Position numbers and translations under genes: made by a program. A stretch of DNA of 64,000 nt. It comes from Fidelibacterota bacterium. Lineage in GTDB: Bacteria > Fidelibacterota > Fidelibacteria > Fidelibacterales > DSDE01. Below, one piece after another: positions 49,328 through 59,426 of the stretch. How positions within the stretch are numbered: the stretch's first letter is position 1; every line of letters begins with the position of its first letter. The notes under the pieces were generated by a model. The model worked only from the letters and a program-made list of their open reading frames with translations. It had not been told where the DNA came from and made no database searches. Where the stretch lies: the NCBI GenBank assembly GCA_046735395.1, contig JBJKQR010000008.1, positions 32,001 to 96,000 of the forward strand, given 5' to 3'.

Positions 49328-49370
49328 GCGGCGGAAGGTCTGAAATATAACCAGTTAACCGGAGGATTTA

Positions 49371-50471
49371 ATGAAAATAGAAATGGTCGATCTGAAGCGG
49401 GAATATCGGAATCTGAAAGCCGAATTGCTGCCGGCCGTGGAAGAAGTGATGGAATCGGCGGCCTTCATCAAGGGCCCGGCCGTGGACCGGTTCAGCCGTA
49501 ATGTGGAAACGCTGCTCGATGTGCCGCACCATATTCCCTGTGCCAATGGAACGGATGCGCTCAAGCTCAGCCTCATGGCTCTCGGCATCAAGCCGGGCGA
49601 TGAAGTGATCACCACCCCCTTTACCTTTGTGGCGACGGCGGAGGTGATTGCATTCTTCGGCGCCGTTCCTGTTTTTACCGATATTCAGCCGGACACCCTG
49701 CTCATGGATCCGGCCCGCCTTGAGGAGGCGATTACTCCCAGAACAAAAGCCATTATTCCCGTGCATCTCTTCGGCCAGATGGCTGATATGGATGCGGTGA
49801 TGGCCATTGCCGTGAAACACGGCCTGAAGGTTGTGGAAGATACGGCCCAGGCCTTTTACGCGTCCCGTAACGGAAAATATGCCGGGACGGTCGGCGACAT
49901 CGGAACCATTTCCTATTTCCCCAGCAAGAATCTGGGTGCCTATGGTGATGCCGGCGGCCTGCTCTGCAGCGATGACGATCTGGCTCAGAAGATTACCATG
50001 ATCGCGAATCATGGACAGAAAAAGAAATATGAACATCATCTCATCGGTGTGAACAGCCGCCTCGATACGATGCAGGCGGCGATCCTGGATGTGAAGCTCA
50101 AGTATATAAAGGAGTGGAGCGAAAAGCGTCTTGCTGCCGCGAAAAAATACATGGAACGGCTGAGCCCTGCCGTGCAGCTGCCTGTCATTGACCAGGGCAA
50201 TGTGCATGTCTTTCACCAGTTCACCATTCAGCACGACCGCCGGGATGACCTGAAGGATTTCCTGGAAACGAAGGGTGTGCCTTCCGCGGTTCACTATCCC
50301 ATCCCGCTTCACAGACAGCCCGGCTTCACCTCGCTGTGCCGTATCGTGTCCGCATCCCTTTCCGAAAAAGCCGCCGACCGGGTTCTGTCCCTGCCCATCA
50401 GTCCATGGATCACGGACGAGGAAATCGATTACGTCTGTGAACAGGTCAATACATTTGTGAATAACGCTTAA
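49371..50471 (+). CDS. DegT/DnrJ/EryC1/StrS nucleotide-sugar aminotransferase
   Basis: NGTDAL, EDTAQA, SYFPSKNLGAYGDAG, NSRLDTMQAA. Confidence 0.95.
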   Translation: MKIEMVDLKREYRNLKAELLPAVEEVMESAAFIKGPAVDRFSRNVETLLDVPHHIPCANGTDALKLSLMALGIKPGDEVITTPFTFVATAEVIAFFGAVPVFTDIQPDTLLMDPARLEEAITPRTKAIIPVHLFGQMADMDAVMAIAVKHGLKVVEDTAQAFYASRNGKYAGTVGDIGTISYFPSKNLGAYGDAGGLLCSDDDLAQKITMIANHGQKKKYEHHLIGVNSRLDTMQAAILDVKLKYIKEWSEKRLAAAKKYMERLSPAVQLPVIDQGNVHVFHQFTIQHDRRDDLKDFLETKGVPSAVHYPIPLHRQPGFTSLCRIVSASLSEKAADRVLSLPISPWITDEEIDYVCEQVNTFVNNA

Positions 50472-50489
50472 AAAAATCGGAATCAAATC

Positions 50490-51764
50490 ATGCTTGATAT
50501 CAAATTGCTCAGAGATGAACCGGATCGTGTGAAAACCGGCCTGAAACATAAAAAGGTGGACGCGCCGGTTGATGACATCCTGGCTCACGATGTCCGCCGC
50601 CGCGAGCTGGGCCTGCGGGGAGATGAGCTGAAACATCGCCGGAACGTGGTGAGCGAAGAGATTAACCGCCGGAAAAAAGCCCGGGAAGATGCGGCAGAGC
50701 TGATTACGGAAATGCGGGAAGTCGGTGCGGAGATCAAGGCGCTGGACTCGGATATTTCTGAACTCAGTGCCGTGATTCATTCCAAGCTGATCGCCCTGCC
50801 CAATCTGCCCAGCGAAAGCTCGCCGGTGGGAACCTCCGAAGCGGATAACGTGGTAATCCGGGAATGGGGAAGCCGTCCGGTCCGGGATTTTAAAGTGCAG
50901 GATCATCTGACGCTCGGTGAGGAGCTGGGACTGTTCGATTTCAAACGCGGCTCAAAGATTTCCGGCAGCGGTTTTCCGCTTTACACCGGAAAGGGCGCCC
51001 GCCTGGAACGGTCCATTATCAATTTCATGCTGGATGTACAGACGCAGGAACATGGCTACACGGAAATCATGCCGCCCTTCATGACCAATCGTGACAGCAG
51101 CACCGCCACGGGCCAGCTGCCGAAGATGGAAGAGGATATGTATATGGTGGAAAAGGACGATCTGTTTCTCGTCCCCACCGCTGAAGTTCCGGTGACCAAT
51201 ATTCATCGGGATGAAGTGCTGAATGCCTCCGATCTGCCGGTGAAATATACCGCCTATTCTCCCTGTTTCCGGCGGGAGGCCGGATCGTACGGCAAGGATA
51301 CGCGCGGATTTCAGCGCCTGCACCAGTTCAATAAGGTGGAAATGGTGCAGTTTGCCCATCCCGACAGTTCCTATGAGGTTCTGGACGTGCTGGTGACCAA
51401 TGCGCAGGCTATTCTTCAGAAGCTGCAGCTGCATCACCGGGTAATTGAACTCTGTACAGCCGACCTGTCCTTTGCCGCGGCAAAGTGTTTCGATATCGAG
51501 CTCTGGTCGCCGGCAGAGGAGAAATGGCTGGAAGTGTCCTCCTGCAGTAATTTCGAGGATTTTCAGGCCCGTCGCGGAAATATCAAGTTCCGGGACGAGG
51601 ACGGAAAACTTCGCTATGTTCATACGTTGAACGGATCGGGTGTTGCCACGCCGCGGCTGATGATCGCCATTCTGGAAACCTGGCAGCAGGCGGACGGCAG
51701 CCTGAAAATTCCGGATGCGCTGGTTCCCTATTTCGGTGCGGAATTCATCCGCCGGGAAAGCTGA
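50490..51764 (+). CDS. serS: Serine--tRNA ligase
   Basis: PTAEVP, CFRREAGS, RLHQFNKVE, EVSSCSN, HTLNGSG. Confidence 0.98.
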   Translation: MLDIKLLRDEPDRVKTGLKHKKVDAPVDDILAHDVRRRELGLRGDELKHRRNVVSEEINRRKKAREDAAELITEMREVGAEIKALDSDISELSAVIHSKLIALPNLPSESSPVGTSEADNVVIREWGSRPVRDFKVQDHLTLGEELGLFDFKRGSKISGSGFPLYTGKGARLERSIINFMLDVQTQEHGYTEIMPPFMTNRDSSTATGQLPKMEEDMYMVEKDDLFLVPTAEVPVTNIHRDEVLNASDLPVKYTAYSPCFRREAGSYGKDTRGFQRLHQFNKVEMVQFAHPDSSYEVLDVLVTNAQAILQKLQLHHRVIELCTADLSFAAAKCFDIELWSPAEEKWLEVSSCSNFEDFQARRGNIKFRDEDGKLRYVHTLNGSGVATPRLMIAILETWQQADGSLKIPDALVPYFGAEFIRRES

Positions 51765-51768
51765 ACCA

Positions 51769-52485
51769 ATGAAAGTACTGAGAACTATCTGGGTAATCAT
51801 AAACCTCGTGCTGTCGGTGATCGTGATCGGCGGCGGGATCCTGCTGTTCACACTGTTCACGAAAAATCAGAACCTGTACACGGGGATGGTGAGATTCTGG
51901 GCCCGCTGGAATGTAAAGGCGGCGGGTATGAAAACACGGATTACTGGGCTGGAAAATATTGACACATCGCGTCAGTATGTGGTCATGGGCAATCACGAAT
52001 CCTCACTGGACATCTTTCTCGTGCTGGCCTGCATACCGCTGCCGCTGCGGATTGTGGCAAAAATGGAATTGCGCAAACTGCCCGTGGCCGGTGCCGCCAT
52101 GGCCCGCGCTCTCTTTCCCTTCGTGGACCGGCGGAATCACCGCAAGGCCGTGGAGAGCCTGAACCGGACCTTCAATGAAATGCAGAAATGGAATCTGTCC
52201 GTGTTCATTTATCCGGAAGGAACCCGCAGCAAGACCGGGCACCTCATTCCCTTCAAAAAGGGCGGATTTGTGCTGGCCATCGAGCGTCAGCTGCCCATTC
52301 TGCCTCTCGTTATCTGCGGCGCCGGGAAAATCACGCCTCCCGGAACCATCTGGGTGAAGGATACGAATGTCAGCCTCAATTTTCTGCCGGTGGTGGAGAC
52401 GGCCGGCTATCAGGTCTCTCAGCGCAGTGAGGTTCTCGACACGGTTTTTAACGCCATGGATTCCTATCAGCGCAGCCAGTGCTGA
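51769..52485 (+). CDS. plsC: 1-acyl-sn-glycerol-3-phosphate acyltransferase
   Basis: NHESSLD (HxxxxD), YPEGTRS, FKKGGF. Confidence 0.88.
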   Translation: MKVLRTIWVIINLVLSVIVIGGGILLFTLFTKNQNLYTGMVRFWARWNVKAAGMKTRITGLENIDTSRQYVVMGNHESSLDIFLVLACIPLPLRIVAKMELRKLPVAGAAMARALFPFVDRRNHRKAVESLNRTFNEMQKWNLSVFIYPEGTRSKTGHLIPFKKGGFVLAIERQLPILPLVICGAGKITPPGTIWVKDTNVSLNFLPVVETAGYQVSQRSEVLDTVFNAMDSYQRSQC

Positions 52486-52612
52486 TTTCTGTCCCGAATA
52501 TTTTAACATTCAAATAATCCGTTCAAACTAATCACGGGTAACCGATAATTCGTAGCCCTGCGGCGCTGCGAATAAGGGGTGCCAATAGCGGCGGAAATCC
52601 GTAAATTCGGCG

Positions 52613-54193
52613 ATGAGTTTATTACAGCACGAAATACAGCGCCGGCGAACCTTCGCCATCATTTCACACCCCGATGCGGGGAAAACGACCCTGACGGAAA
52701 AGCTTCTGCTCTTCGGAGGTGCCATCCGCGTCGCCGGGGCCGTCAAGTCCAACAAGATTCAGAAAGCCGCCATGAGCGACTTCATGGAAATCGAAAAACA
52801 GCGCGGAATTTCCGTGGCCACCTCGGTCATGGGTTTCGAATACCGGGAGCGGAAAATCAATATTCTCGATACGCCCGGGCATAAGGATTTTGCGGAGGAT
52901 ACCTACCGAACCCTTTCGGCCGCCGACTCGGTCATCGTCGTCATCGACGTGGCGAAGGGCGTGGAGGAACAGACGGAAAAACTCGTCGAAGTCTGCCGCA
53001 TGCGCAGCATTCCCATCATTATCTTCATCAACAAGCTGGACCGCCCGGGAAAATCCGCCATCGACCTGCTGGATGAGATCGAGGAAAAGCTGGGGCTCAC
53101 GGTGACGCCGCTCAGCTGGCCGGCCGGCATGGGCCTCACCTTCAAGGGTGTGTATAATCTGTACGAAAAGAAGCTCAATCTTTTTACCTCCTCTAAACAG
53201 ACCATCTCCGAGGACGTGATCGAGATCGCTACGCTGGACGACAGCCGTCTCGACAAATATCTGGATTCACAGGCCGGTACGCTGCGGGAGGACCTGGAAC
53301 TGGTGCAGGGAATCTACCCGGAATTTTCCCGGGAGAATTATCTGGCCGGCGATGTGTCTCCTGTCTTTTTCGGATCTGCGGTGAATAATTTCGGTGTCCG
53401 GGAGCTTCTGGACTGCTTCATAGATATTGCTCCCGAGCCGGGCGCCCGCGAGGCCGAGGAACGGCGTGTTTCCCCGGAAGAGGAAAATTTCAGCGGCTTC
53501 ATTTTTAAAATTCATGCGAACATGGACCCAAATCACCGGACGCGCATTGCCTTCTGCAAGGTTGTGTCGGGGTGTTTCGAGCGGAACGGCAATTATCATC
53601 ATGTGCGTCTCGGCCGGAATCTGCGCTTCGGCAGCCCTACCGCCTTCATGGCTGACAAGAAATCGGTCATCGATGAAGCCTGGCCCGGCGATATCGTCGG
53701 CCTGCCCGATACGGGAAATTTCAAGATCGGCGATGTGCTCAGCACCGGAGAAAAACTTCATTTCAAGGGGATTCCCTCCTTTTCCCCCGAACATTTCCGC
53801 TACATTGAGAATGTGAATTCCCTGAAATACAAGCAGCTCAACAAGGGCATTGACCAGCTCATTGATGAGGGCGTGGCCCAGCTTTTCAATATTCCCTACA
53901 ATTCGCGGCGTATCATCGGAACCGCCGGAGCGCTGCAGTTCGATGTCATTCAGTACCGCCTGGATCATGAATACGGCGCCTCCTGCCGCTATGAACCCAT
54001 TTCCATTCACAAGGCCTGCTGGATTGACAGCGACGACGAAAAGGCCCTGCGCAGTTTCATGGATGAAGAGCTCAAATCCATCGCGGAGGACAAGGACGGG
54101 AAACCTGTGTTTCTGGCGTCATCTGCCTGGAGGCTGAACCGGGTGAAGGAGGAAAATCCCCACATCCGTTTCCACTATTTTTCTGAATTCTAA
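52613..54193 (+). CDS. prfC: Peptide chain release factor 3
   Basis: [38 protein letters not shown]. Confidence 0.98.
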   Translation: MSLLQHEIQRRRTFAIISHPDAGKTTLTEKLLLFGGAIRVAGAVKSNKIQKAAMSDFMEIEKQRGISVATSVMGFEYRERKINILDTPGHKDFAEDTYRTLSAADSVIVVIDVAKGVEEQTEKLVEVCRMRSIPIIIFINKLDRPGKSAIDLLDEIEEKLGLTVTPLSWPAGMGLTFKGVYNLYEKKLNLFTSSKQTISEDVIEIATLDDSRLDKYLDSQAGTLREDLELVQGIYPEFSRENYLAGDVSPVFFGSAVNNFGVRELLDCFIDIAPEPGAREAEERRVSPEEENFSGFIFKIHANMDPNHRTRIAFCKVVSGCFERNGNYHHVRLGRNLRFGSPTAFMADKKSVIDEAWPGDIVGLPDTGNFKIGDVLSTGEKLHFKGIPSFSPEHFRYIENVNSLKYKQLNKGIDQLIDEGVAQLFNIPYNSRRIIGTAGALQFDVIQYRLDHEYGASCRYEPISIHKACWIDSDDEKALRSFMDEELKSIAEDKDGKPVFLASSAWRLNRVKEENPHIRFHYFSEF

Positions 54194-54229
54194 TCCGGCC
54201 TGAGGCGTCTCTGCCTCCCGGGCCGCAGC

Positions 54230-55381
54230 ATGAGGACATCCCGCATGCAGACCCTGCATCCCCTGCTCGATGCCGACAAACAGGATCTCGCCCGCCGCTA
54301 TGAACGGGAGAAACGGCGACTCTCTCTCGCGGAAAGCCTGTTTTCCGGCCTGACCCTGCTTCTCTTTTATCTGTATGCAGCGACGCCCCTGGTGCAGTCT
54401 CTGTTTCCACAGAACCGGACGCTGAACTTCATCGCCTATATCTGGATCTTTCTGCTGGCCCAGGCGCCGGTCACCCTCTTTTTCGGCTGGCTCTCCTCCT
54501 TTCGTCACGAACATGCCTATGGCTTTTCGACTCAGAGCTTCGGCCTCTGGCTGCTGGATCAGCTGAAAGCCTATCTGCTGGCGCTCCTGCTCATGCCCTT
54601 TCTGCTGGGCCTGCTGGCTGCCGTGCTCACCCTCTATCCCCAGTCCTGGTGGCTGATCGGCGCCGGAATGATGATCCTCGTTTCTCTCGTTTTTGCCACC
54701 CTCTTTCCGGTCGTCATTCTGCCGCTCTTCAACCGCTATACGCCCATTGAGGACGAAAATCTGGTTTTCGCGCTGCGCCAGGTCCTGGAAGAGTACGGGA
54801 TTCGCATCAAGGGATTTTATGTGCAGGATATGAGCCGCCAGACGAGGAAGGAAAACGCCTTTCTCGCCGGACTGGGAAAAACCCGGCGGGTTGTTCTGGC
54901 GGATACCATCCTTGAAAATATGACGATTGAGGAACTGCGGACGGTCATCGCTCATGAAGTGGGACATACCCGTCATCGTCATATTCTGAAGAATATTTCC
55001 ATTATGGCTGGCGAACAGGTTTTTCTCTTTTATCTGCTGGACCGCATCCTGCCGCTCATGGCGCCGGACTTTCTGTCGTCCTGGTCTCAGAATCTGACGG
55101 TCCTGCCGCTCTTCCTGCTCAGTCTGAGCCTGCTGTCGTCCTTCCTGCTGGCGCCGCTGACTCAGGCGGTCAGCCGCTATTTCGAGACCCAGGCTGACGA
55201 AACCGCCCTCGAGGCGACCGGAGATCCGCAGGCCTTCATGCGGGCCATGGCCGGGCTGGCCAACCGCAATCTGTCCAACGCTTATCCGGAGCGCTGGAAT
55301 AAAATTCTGTTTTACAGCCATCCGCCGGTCGGTGAACGGCTGGCCCTGGCTCAGGACTATGAGAAAAAGCAGCAACGATGA
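54230..55381 (+). CDS. M48 (Ste24/CAAX-type) membrane metalloprotease
   Basis: ENAFLAGLGKTRRVVL, AHEVGH, FETQAD, YSHPPVGER. Confidence 0.92.
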   Translation: MRTSRMQTLHPLLDADKQDLARRYEREKRRLSLAESLFSGLTLLLFYLYAATPLVQSLFPQNRTLNFIAYIWIFLLAQAPVTLFFGWLSSFRHEHAYGFSTQSFGLWLLDQLKAYLLALLLMPFLLGLLAAVLTLYPQSWWLIGAGMMILVSLVFATLFPVVILPLFNRYTPIEDENLVFALRQVLEEYGIRIKGFYVQDMSRQTRKENAFLAGLGKTRRVVLADTILENMTIEELRTVIAHEVGHTRHRHILKNISIMAGEQVFLFYLLDRILPLMAPDFLSSWSQNLTVLPLFLLSLSLLSSFLLAPLTQAVSRYFETQADETALEATGDPQAFMRAMAGLANRNLSNAYPERWNKILFYSHPPVGERLALAQDYEKKQQR

Positions 55382-55907
55382 AATAAAAAGCCGCCGTCCG
55401 GGACTTGCCGAGCTGGAGGGACTGCCCCGCTGCCCGGTTACGGTCATTGCCGATAATATCCGTTCACTTTATAATGTGGGATCTATTTTTCGCAGCTGCG
55501 ATGCGGTGGGCGTGGAAGCCCTGTATCTCTGCGGAATCACGCCTCATCCGCCCCGTCCCGAGATCAGCAAGACCGCCCTCGGCGCCGAAAACAGCGTTCC
55601 CTGGGAATACCATGAGGATATCCTGAGCGTGCTGGAATATTTCAAAAAAGCGCAGATTCCCATCGTCGCGCTGGAACACACCAGCGGCTCCGTCGATTTT
55701 CAGGATTTTGCCTATCCCTTTCCCATGGTGGTGATCCTGGGTAATGAGGCCGAAGGGGTCAGTGACGCGGTCATGCCCTATGTGGATTTTGCCGTGGAAA
55801 TTCCCATGGCCGGCATCAAGCAGAGCCTGAATGTTTCCGTGGCCTGCGGCGTCATGCTCTACGAAGTGCAGCGCCAGTTCCGCGCCTGGGCCGGGCCTCA
55901 GCTCTGA
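55359..55907 (+). CDS. TrmH/SpoU family RNA methyltransferase
   Basis: DNIRSLYNVGSIFR, LGNEAEG, IPMAGIKQSLNVSVA. Confidence 0.92.
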   Translation: MRKSSNDEIKSRRPGLAELEGLPRCPVTVIADNIRSLYNVGSIFRSCDAVGVEALYLCGITPHPPRPEISKTALGAENSVPWEYHEDILSVLEYFKKAQIPIVALEHTSGSVDFQDFAYPFPMVVILGNEAEGVSDAVMPYVDFAVEIPMAGIKQSLNVSVACGVMLYEVQRQFRAWAGPQL

Positions 55908-56007
55908 CATGCTCCGGGCCGTCCCTGTCCCGCATAGCGGATCCCAATGATTTGATTTGTATGTAAACCATTAATTTTCTAAATTACCCCGCCTGAAAAG
56001 GGCACAA

Positions 56008-56080
56008 GCCACCCTAGCTCAGTTGGTAGAGCAATGCTTTCGTAAAGCATGGGTCGAGAGTTCGAGTCTCTTGGGTGGCT
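56008..56080 (+). tRNA. tRNA-Thr(CGT), CCA not encoded
   Basis: Cloverleaf GCCACCC/GGGTGGC, D-arm GCTC/GAGC, anticodon arm ATGCT-TTCGTAA-AGCAT, T-loop TTCGAGT. Confidence 0.97.
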
Positions 56081-56363
56081 CTCTTTTAAGACTCTAAAAA
56101 TCGGAGACATTTTTTATTTCCCCAGCGTGATAAATGATGTAATTTGTTTATGAATATGATAATCATCAACGTCCTGCCGCGAGAGGGAAGTAAAAAGAAG
56201 ACCATTATACGCTTATGATGTACTTTAAGGAGGACGCAGGAACCGGAGGCGATCTGGCGAAAATAGAAATAAATACGGTATCACCGACGAGGAAGTCGAG
56301 ATTCATAAGGAATTTATTATCAATTCTATTTAATTTGATGTATGGCGTCAGGCCGGGGGCAGT

Positions 56364-57029
56364 ATGAAAGAGCGAGAAATAAAAATAGGTGACGGGATAT
56401 ATAGCGCCTCCGATATAGCAAAAATCCTGCGAGTTCCCTATCAAAAAATTAACAGCTGGTTAAATAAATATTGGGATCGTCGCTTTACCATTAAGGATGA
56501 GTTATATACATGGACATTGGATAAAAAGAAGGTGACGAATTTTTATACTCTCATTGAAATGTACATTTTTAAGCTATTTCTCGAAAACGGTATTCCAATC
56601 AGAAATATTGTCAAAGCACATGTTGAATTGTCAAGGATTACCGAAACGGAATATCCATTTGCCCAAAAAGAAATATTTAAGAATATCAGAACGGATGGAA
56701 AGGCGCTTTATTATAAGGAGACGTTAATTATCTCCCTGGATGGAAGCAACCAGACCAATTTATCATTTTTAGTGCATCTCACCCACAATATTGAATATGA
56801 TGAAAATCTCCTTCCTCAAAGATTTTGGCCTGCCGGAAAAGGAAAGAATATTATTATCGACCCGACCCGGCAATTTGGACAACCAATTATTAATAATACA
56901 AATGTGTTATCCGAAACAATTACTTCCATGTACAAAGCAGGAGACTCTATCGAGCTGATCGCGCATGCCTTCGACCTCAAAGTGAAAGATGTTGAGGACG
57001 CGATTCAGTTCTGTACCACTGCGGCATGA
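56364..57029 (+). CDS. DUF433-domain antitoxin (VapB45-like)
   Basis: GIYSASDIAKIL N-terminal HTH; IIIDPTRQFGQPII...GDSIELIAHAFDL...VEDAIQF. Confidence 0.87.
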   Translation: MKEREIKIGDGIYSASDIAKILRVPYQKINSWLNKYWDRRFTIKDELYTWTLDKKKVTNFYTLIEMYIFKLFLENGIPIRNIVKAHVELSRITETEYPFAQKEIFKNIRTDGKALYYKETLIISLDGSNQTNLSFLVHLTHNIEYDENLLPQRFWPAGKGKNIIIDPTRQFGQPIINNTNVLSETITSMYKAGDSIELIAHAFDLKVKDVEDAIQFCTTAA

Positions 57030-57430
57030 TTATCTACATTGACGAGAACCTTCCTCAGGTATTTGCTCAGGGATTTAATCTCCTTCAGCAGGGGGCTGGT
57101 ACAGGAATAGAGGTCAAATCTATTATCGATGACTTCGGAAGAGGCGCTTCAGATGAAGATTGGATGGCGGGTTTAGATAGAAGCCGGAGCTGTGTTATTA
57201 CAAAAGATTTAAATATCAATAAAAGGCCCCACCAGCGAAGGTTGTGTCAATCTTATCATATGGGGATATTCTTTATAAAGGGCCCGAGGGGGAAAGGCCT
57301 GACTTATTGGCAAACTTTACGTTTATTAGTCAGCCACTGGGAGGAGATAATTAATTATTCTACCCATACACCCATGCCCTTTGGTTTTGAAATAGGTCAT
57401 GTGGCGAAAAATGTTAAACAAATATTTTAA
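57026..57430 (+). CDS. PIN-like toxin (VapC45/PIN_10-like)
   Basis: IYIDENL, GASDEDW, VITKDLNI; ATGA overlap with the DUF433 gene. Confidence 0.85.
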   Translation: MIIYIDENLPQVFAQGFNLLQQGAGTGIEVKSIIDDFGRGASDEDWMAGLDRSRSCVITKDLNINKRPHQRRLCQSYHMGIFFIKGPRGKGLTYWQTLRLLVSHWEEIINYSTHTPMPFGFEIGHVAKNVKQIF

Positions 57431-57575
57431 AATGTCAGAATTTGAAGATAGAAAAAACGTCGCTTTTAAGAAAAGCAGCCAGGGGGACCTACTCACCTGG
57501 CTCACAGTCCTGAAGAGCATCAGGGATTTGTAAGCTTAAAAGCGGGAATAAGAAATTATGGGGGCCAAATAATCA

Positions 57576-58472
57576 TTGGAAAATATTGAGTATAAGTTAG
57601 TTAATGGTGGTTCACAGCCTTATTATTGGGAGTCCATTATTTCAAAAAATGATTATGATGACATTGAAAAATATCATTATTGTGTTGGAGAGTATTATAA
57701 TATTGAAAATAAATATAATATTGTCATTGAAAACTATAGAGAATTTGAATCTGAAATACTGAATTTATCACTCAGTTATTCACTTCATGCTATGGCTTCA
57801 TTTGATAATATGAATGCTATGTTTTGGAATATTCAAAGAAAATTATTCAATCTATTAAACTCATGTGATATGTTTGTCGAACACTGTTTAATTCATTATA
57901 AACATATTCAAAAAAAAGAGGGAAGAATAACATTTGATTTAAAATCATTTACAAATAAATTAAACGAAAATCATTTTTCATATCGTGTTCTTGATAAAAT
58001 TAGGAATCATTCACAACATTATGGGATACCTGTCCAAAAAGTAAATTTCGGATCAAAAAGAGATTATCCCTCAAATCCAAACAGAGTTACATTCCCTATA
58101 AATCTATTTTTAAAACCAGATTTATTACGACAGAATTCAGGTTTCCCCAAACACTTGATAAGCGAAATAGAACAACAGGGGGAAGTTGACATAAAGCCCC
58201 TTATTAGAGAGTATCTATCACTAATATATTCAATATTAAAAAAGGTTAGAGACGAATTGGCACTGCCAATAATAAAATGGAAAAATAAATATGATTGGGC
58301 AGTAGATTTGTACAGAAATGATAAAAAACGAGAACCTGATTATTTATTTGTAATGAATAAGGATGGAGAGAAGATAAACTTATACTCCCAGTGGTTACTA
58401 GATATTGACCAGTTGGTTACAAGAAATAACTTACATGGGAATTTAATTAACTTTGTTATTTCGAATGAATAG
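57576..58472 (+). CDS. Hypothetical AT-rich helical protein with RNxxxH (HEPN-like) motif
   Basis: 298-aa ORF, TTG start; SYRVLDKIRNHSQH. Confidence 0.65.
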   Translation: MENIEYKLVNGGSQPYYWESIISKNDYDDIEKYHYCVGEYYNIENKYNIVIENYREFESEILNLSLSYSLHAMASFDNMNAMFWNIQRKLFNLLNSCDMFVEHCLIHYKHIQKKEGRITFDLKSFTNKLNENHFSYRVLDKIRNHSQHYGIPVQKVNFGSKRDYPSNPNRVTFPINLFLKPDLLRQNSGFPKHLISEIEQQGEVDIKPLIREYLSLIYSILKKVRDELALPIIKWKNKYDWAVDLYRNDKKREPDYLFVMNKDGEKINLYSQWLLDIDQLVTRNNLHGNLINFVISNE

Positions 58473-58716
58473 GAACGTTATGCCCTCCCTCTTCAACGAT
58501 AACACATTGCTTCATAATTACCACGACCTCCTGGCGGCCACGCCCTGGGAGAAACGGGCGCCGATTGTCCGGATCATTCCGTTGCTGATGAAAATGAGTT
58601 TTCACCAGGTGATGATATATTATTCTACCATGAGATCTTTTCATCGTTATTGAAATAGTTTCGTTCATAGTTATAACACCCATCTTTTCACACCCGGCAC
58701 CTTCTTTTTATATATC

Positions 58717-58787
58717 TACTACAACATTAGTAAAATAATGCTTGCGCTGCTCCGCGGGGTGTTTTATATTCTACTAAGCTTGTAGTA
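58717..58787 (+). promoter_or_regulatory. Promoter bracketed by two TACTA-N6-TAGTA operators
   Basis: TACTAcaacatTAGTA (58717-58732), TACTAagcttgTAGTA (58772-58787); TTGCGC-17 nt-TATATT at 58742-58770. Confidence 0.7.
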
Positions 58788-58926
58788 ATTGTCGGAGGCG
58801 GCTTGAATTGTTCGTGTTGTACATCGGGTGCGCGGAGGGTGGGGAAAATCATCCCCGGCCGTCTTCAGGACAGTATTGCAAAGGAGCTTGAGTTTCATTA
58901 ACATCACGAGGAGAAAGGAGCCTCTC

Positions 58927-59412
58927 ATGAAATTGAAGGCATCACACAGCGTTTGGATAATCCTGTTTTCACTGCTTGTCGGCCAGACCGCCTGCCAGTG
59001 CTTCCGGGCAAACAAAGCCGTAGCAGGGGGTGTTCCCACTGAGGTTGTAACCGTGGAGCCGGATTCAACGGTTAAATATGTTCCCTATGATGAACCGCCC
59101 CGGCCCATCGGGGGAAATGCCGCCATATTGAGAAATGTTGTCTATCCCAAACAGGCCAGAGACATGAAAATAGAGGGAATGGTGGTTGTGCAGGCCTTTA
59201 TCAATGCCGAGGGCCGGGTGGAAATCTGTAAAATGCTGAAAGGCCTGCCCAACACAGGTCTGGATGAAGCGGCGGTGGACGCTCTGAAAAAAACCGCATT
59301 CAAGCCCGCGAAACAGGAAGGAACTCCGGTCGGCGTCTGGATCGCCGTGCCGATCGTCTTTCGTCTGGATGACAAGCCGGCGGAGGCTCAGCAAAAGAAC
59401 GAAACAAAGTAA
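58927..59412 (+). CDS. TonB C-terminal domain protein
   Basis: YDEPPRPIGG...VVYPKQAR...IEGMVVV...LDEAAVDA...FKPAKQEG...VPIVFRL; AGGAG RBS. Confidence 0.9.
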   Translation: MKLKASHSVWIILFSLLVGQTACQCFRANKAVAGGVPTEVVTVEPDSTVKYVPYDEPPRPIGGNAAILRNVVYPKQARDMKIEGMVVVQAFINAEGRVEICKMLKGLPNTGLDEAAVDALKKTAFKPAKQEGTPVGVWIAVPIVFRLDDKPAEAQQKNETK

Positions 59413-59426
59413 GGAAAATAAAAGAT

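Noticed and set aside
57432..57533. 33-aa ORF right after the PIN gene (MSEFEDRKNV...)
   Set aside because: No RBS or motif; this length is expected by chance.
58453..58653. 66-aa ORF with a GC-richer core, possible transposase relic
   Set aside because: No DDE/HUH motif or terminal repeats can be seen; cannot be supported without a search.
56081..58750. Intact integrative element at tRNA-Thr
   Set aside because: No integrase and no duplicate of the tRNA 3' end found by eye.
58766..58790. TTCTACTAAGCTTGTAG resembles a Cas12a direct-repeat stem
   Set aside because: No array, spacers or cas genes; better explained as one of two operator palindromes.
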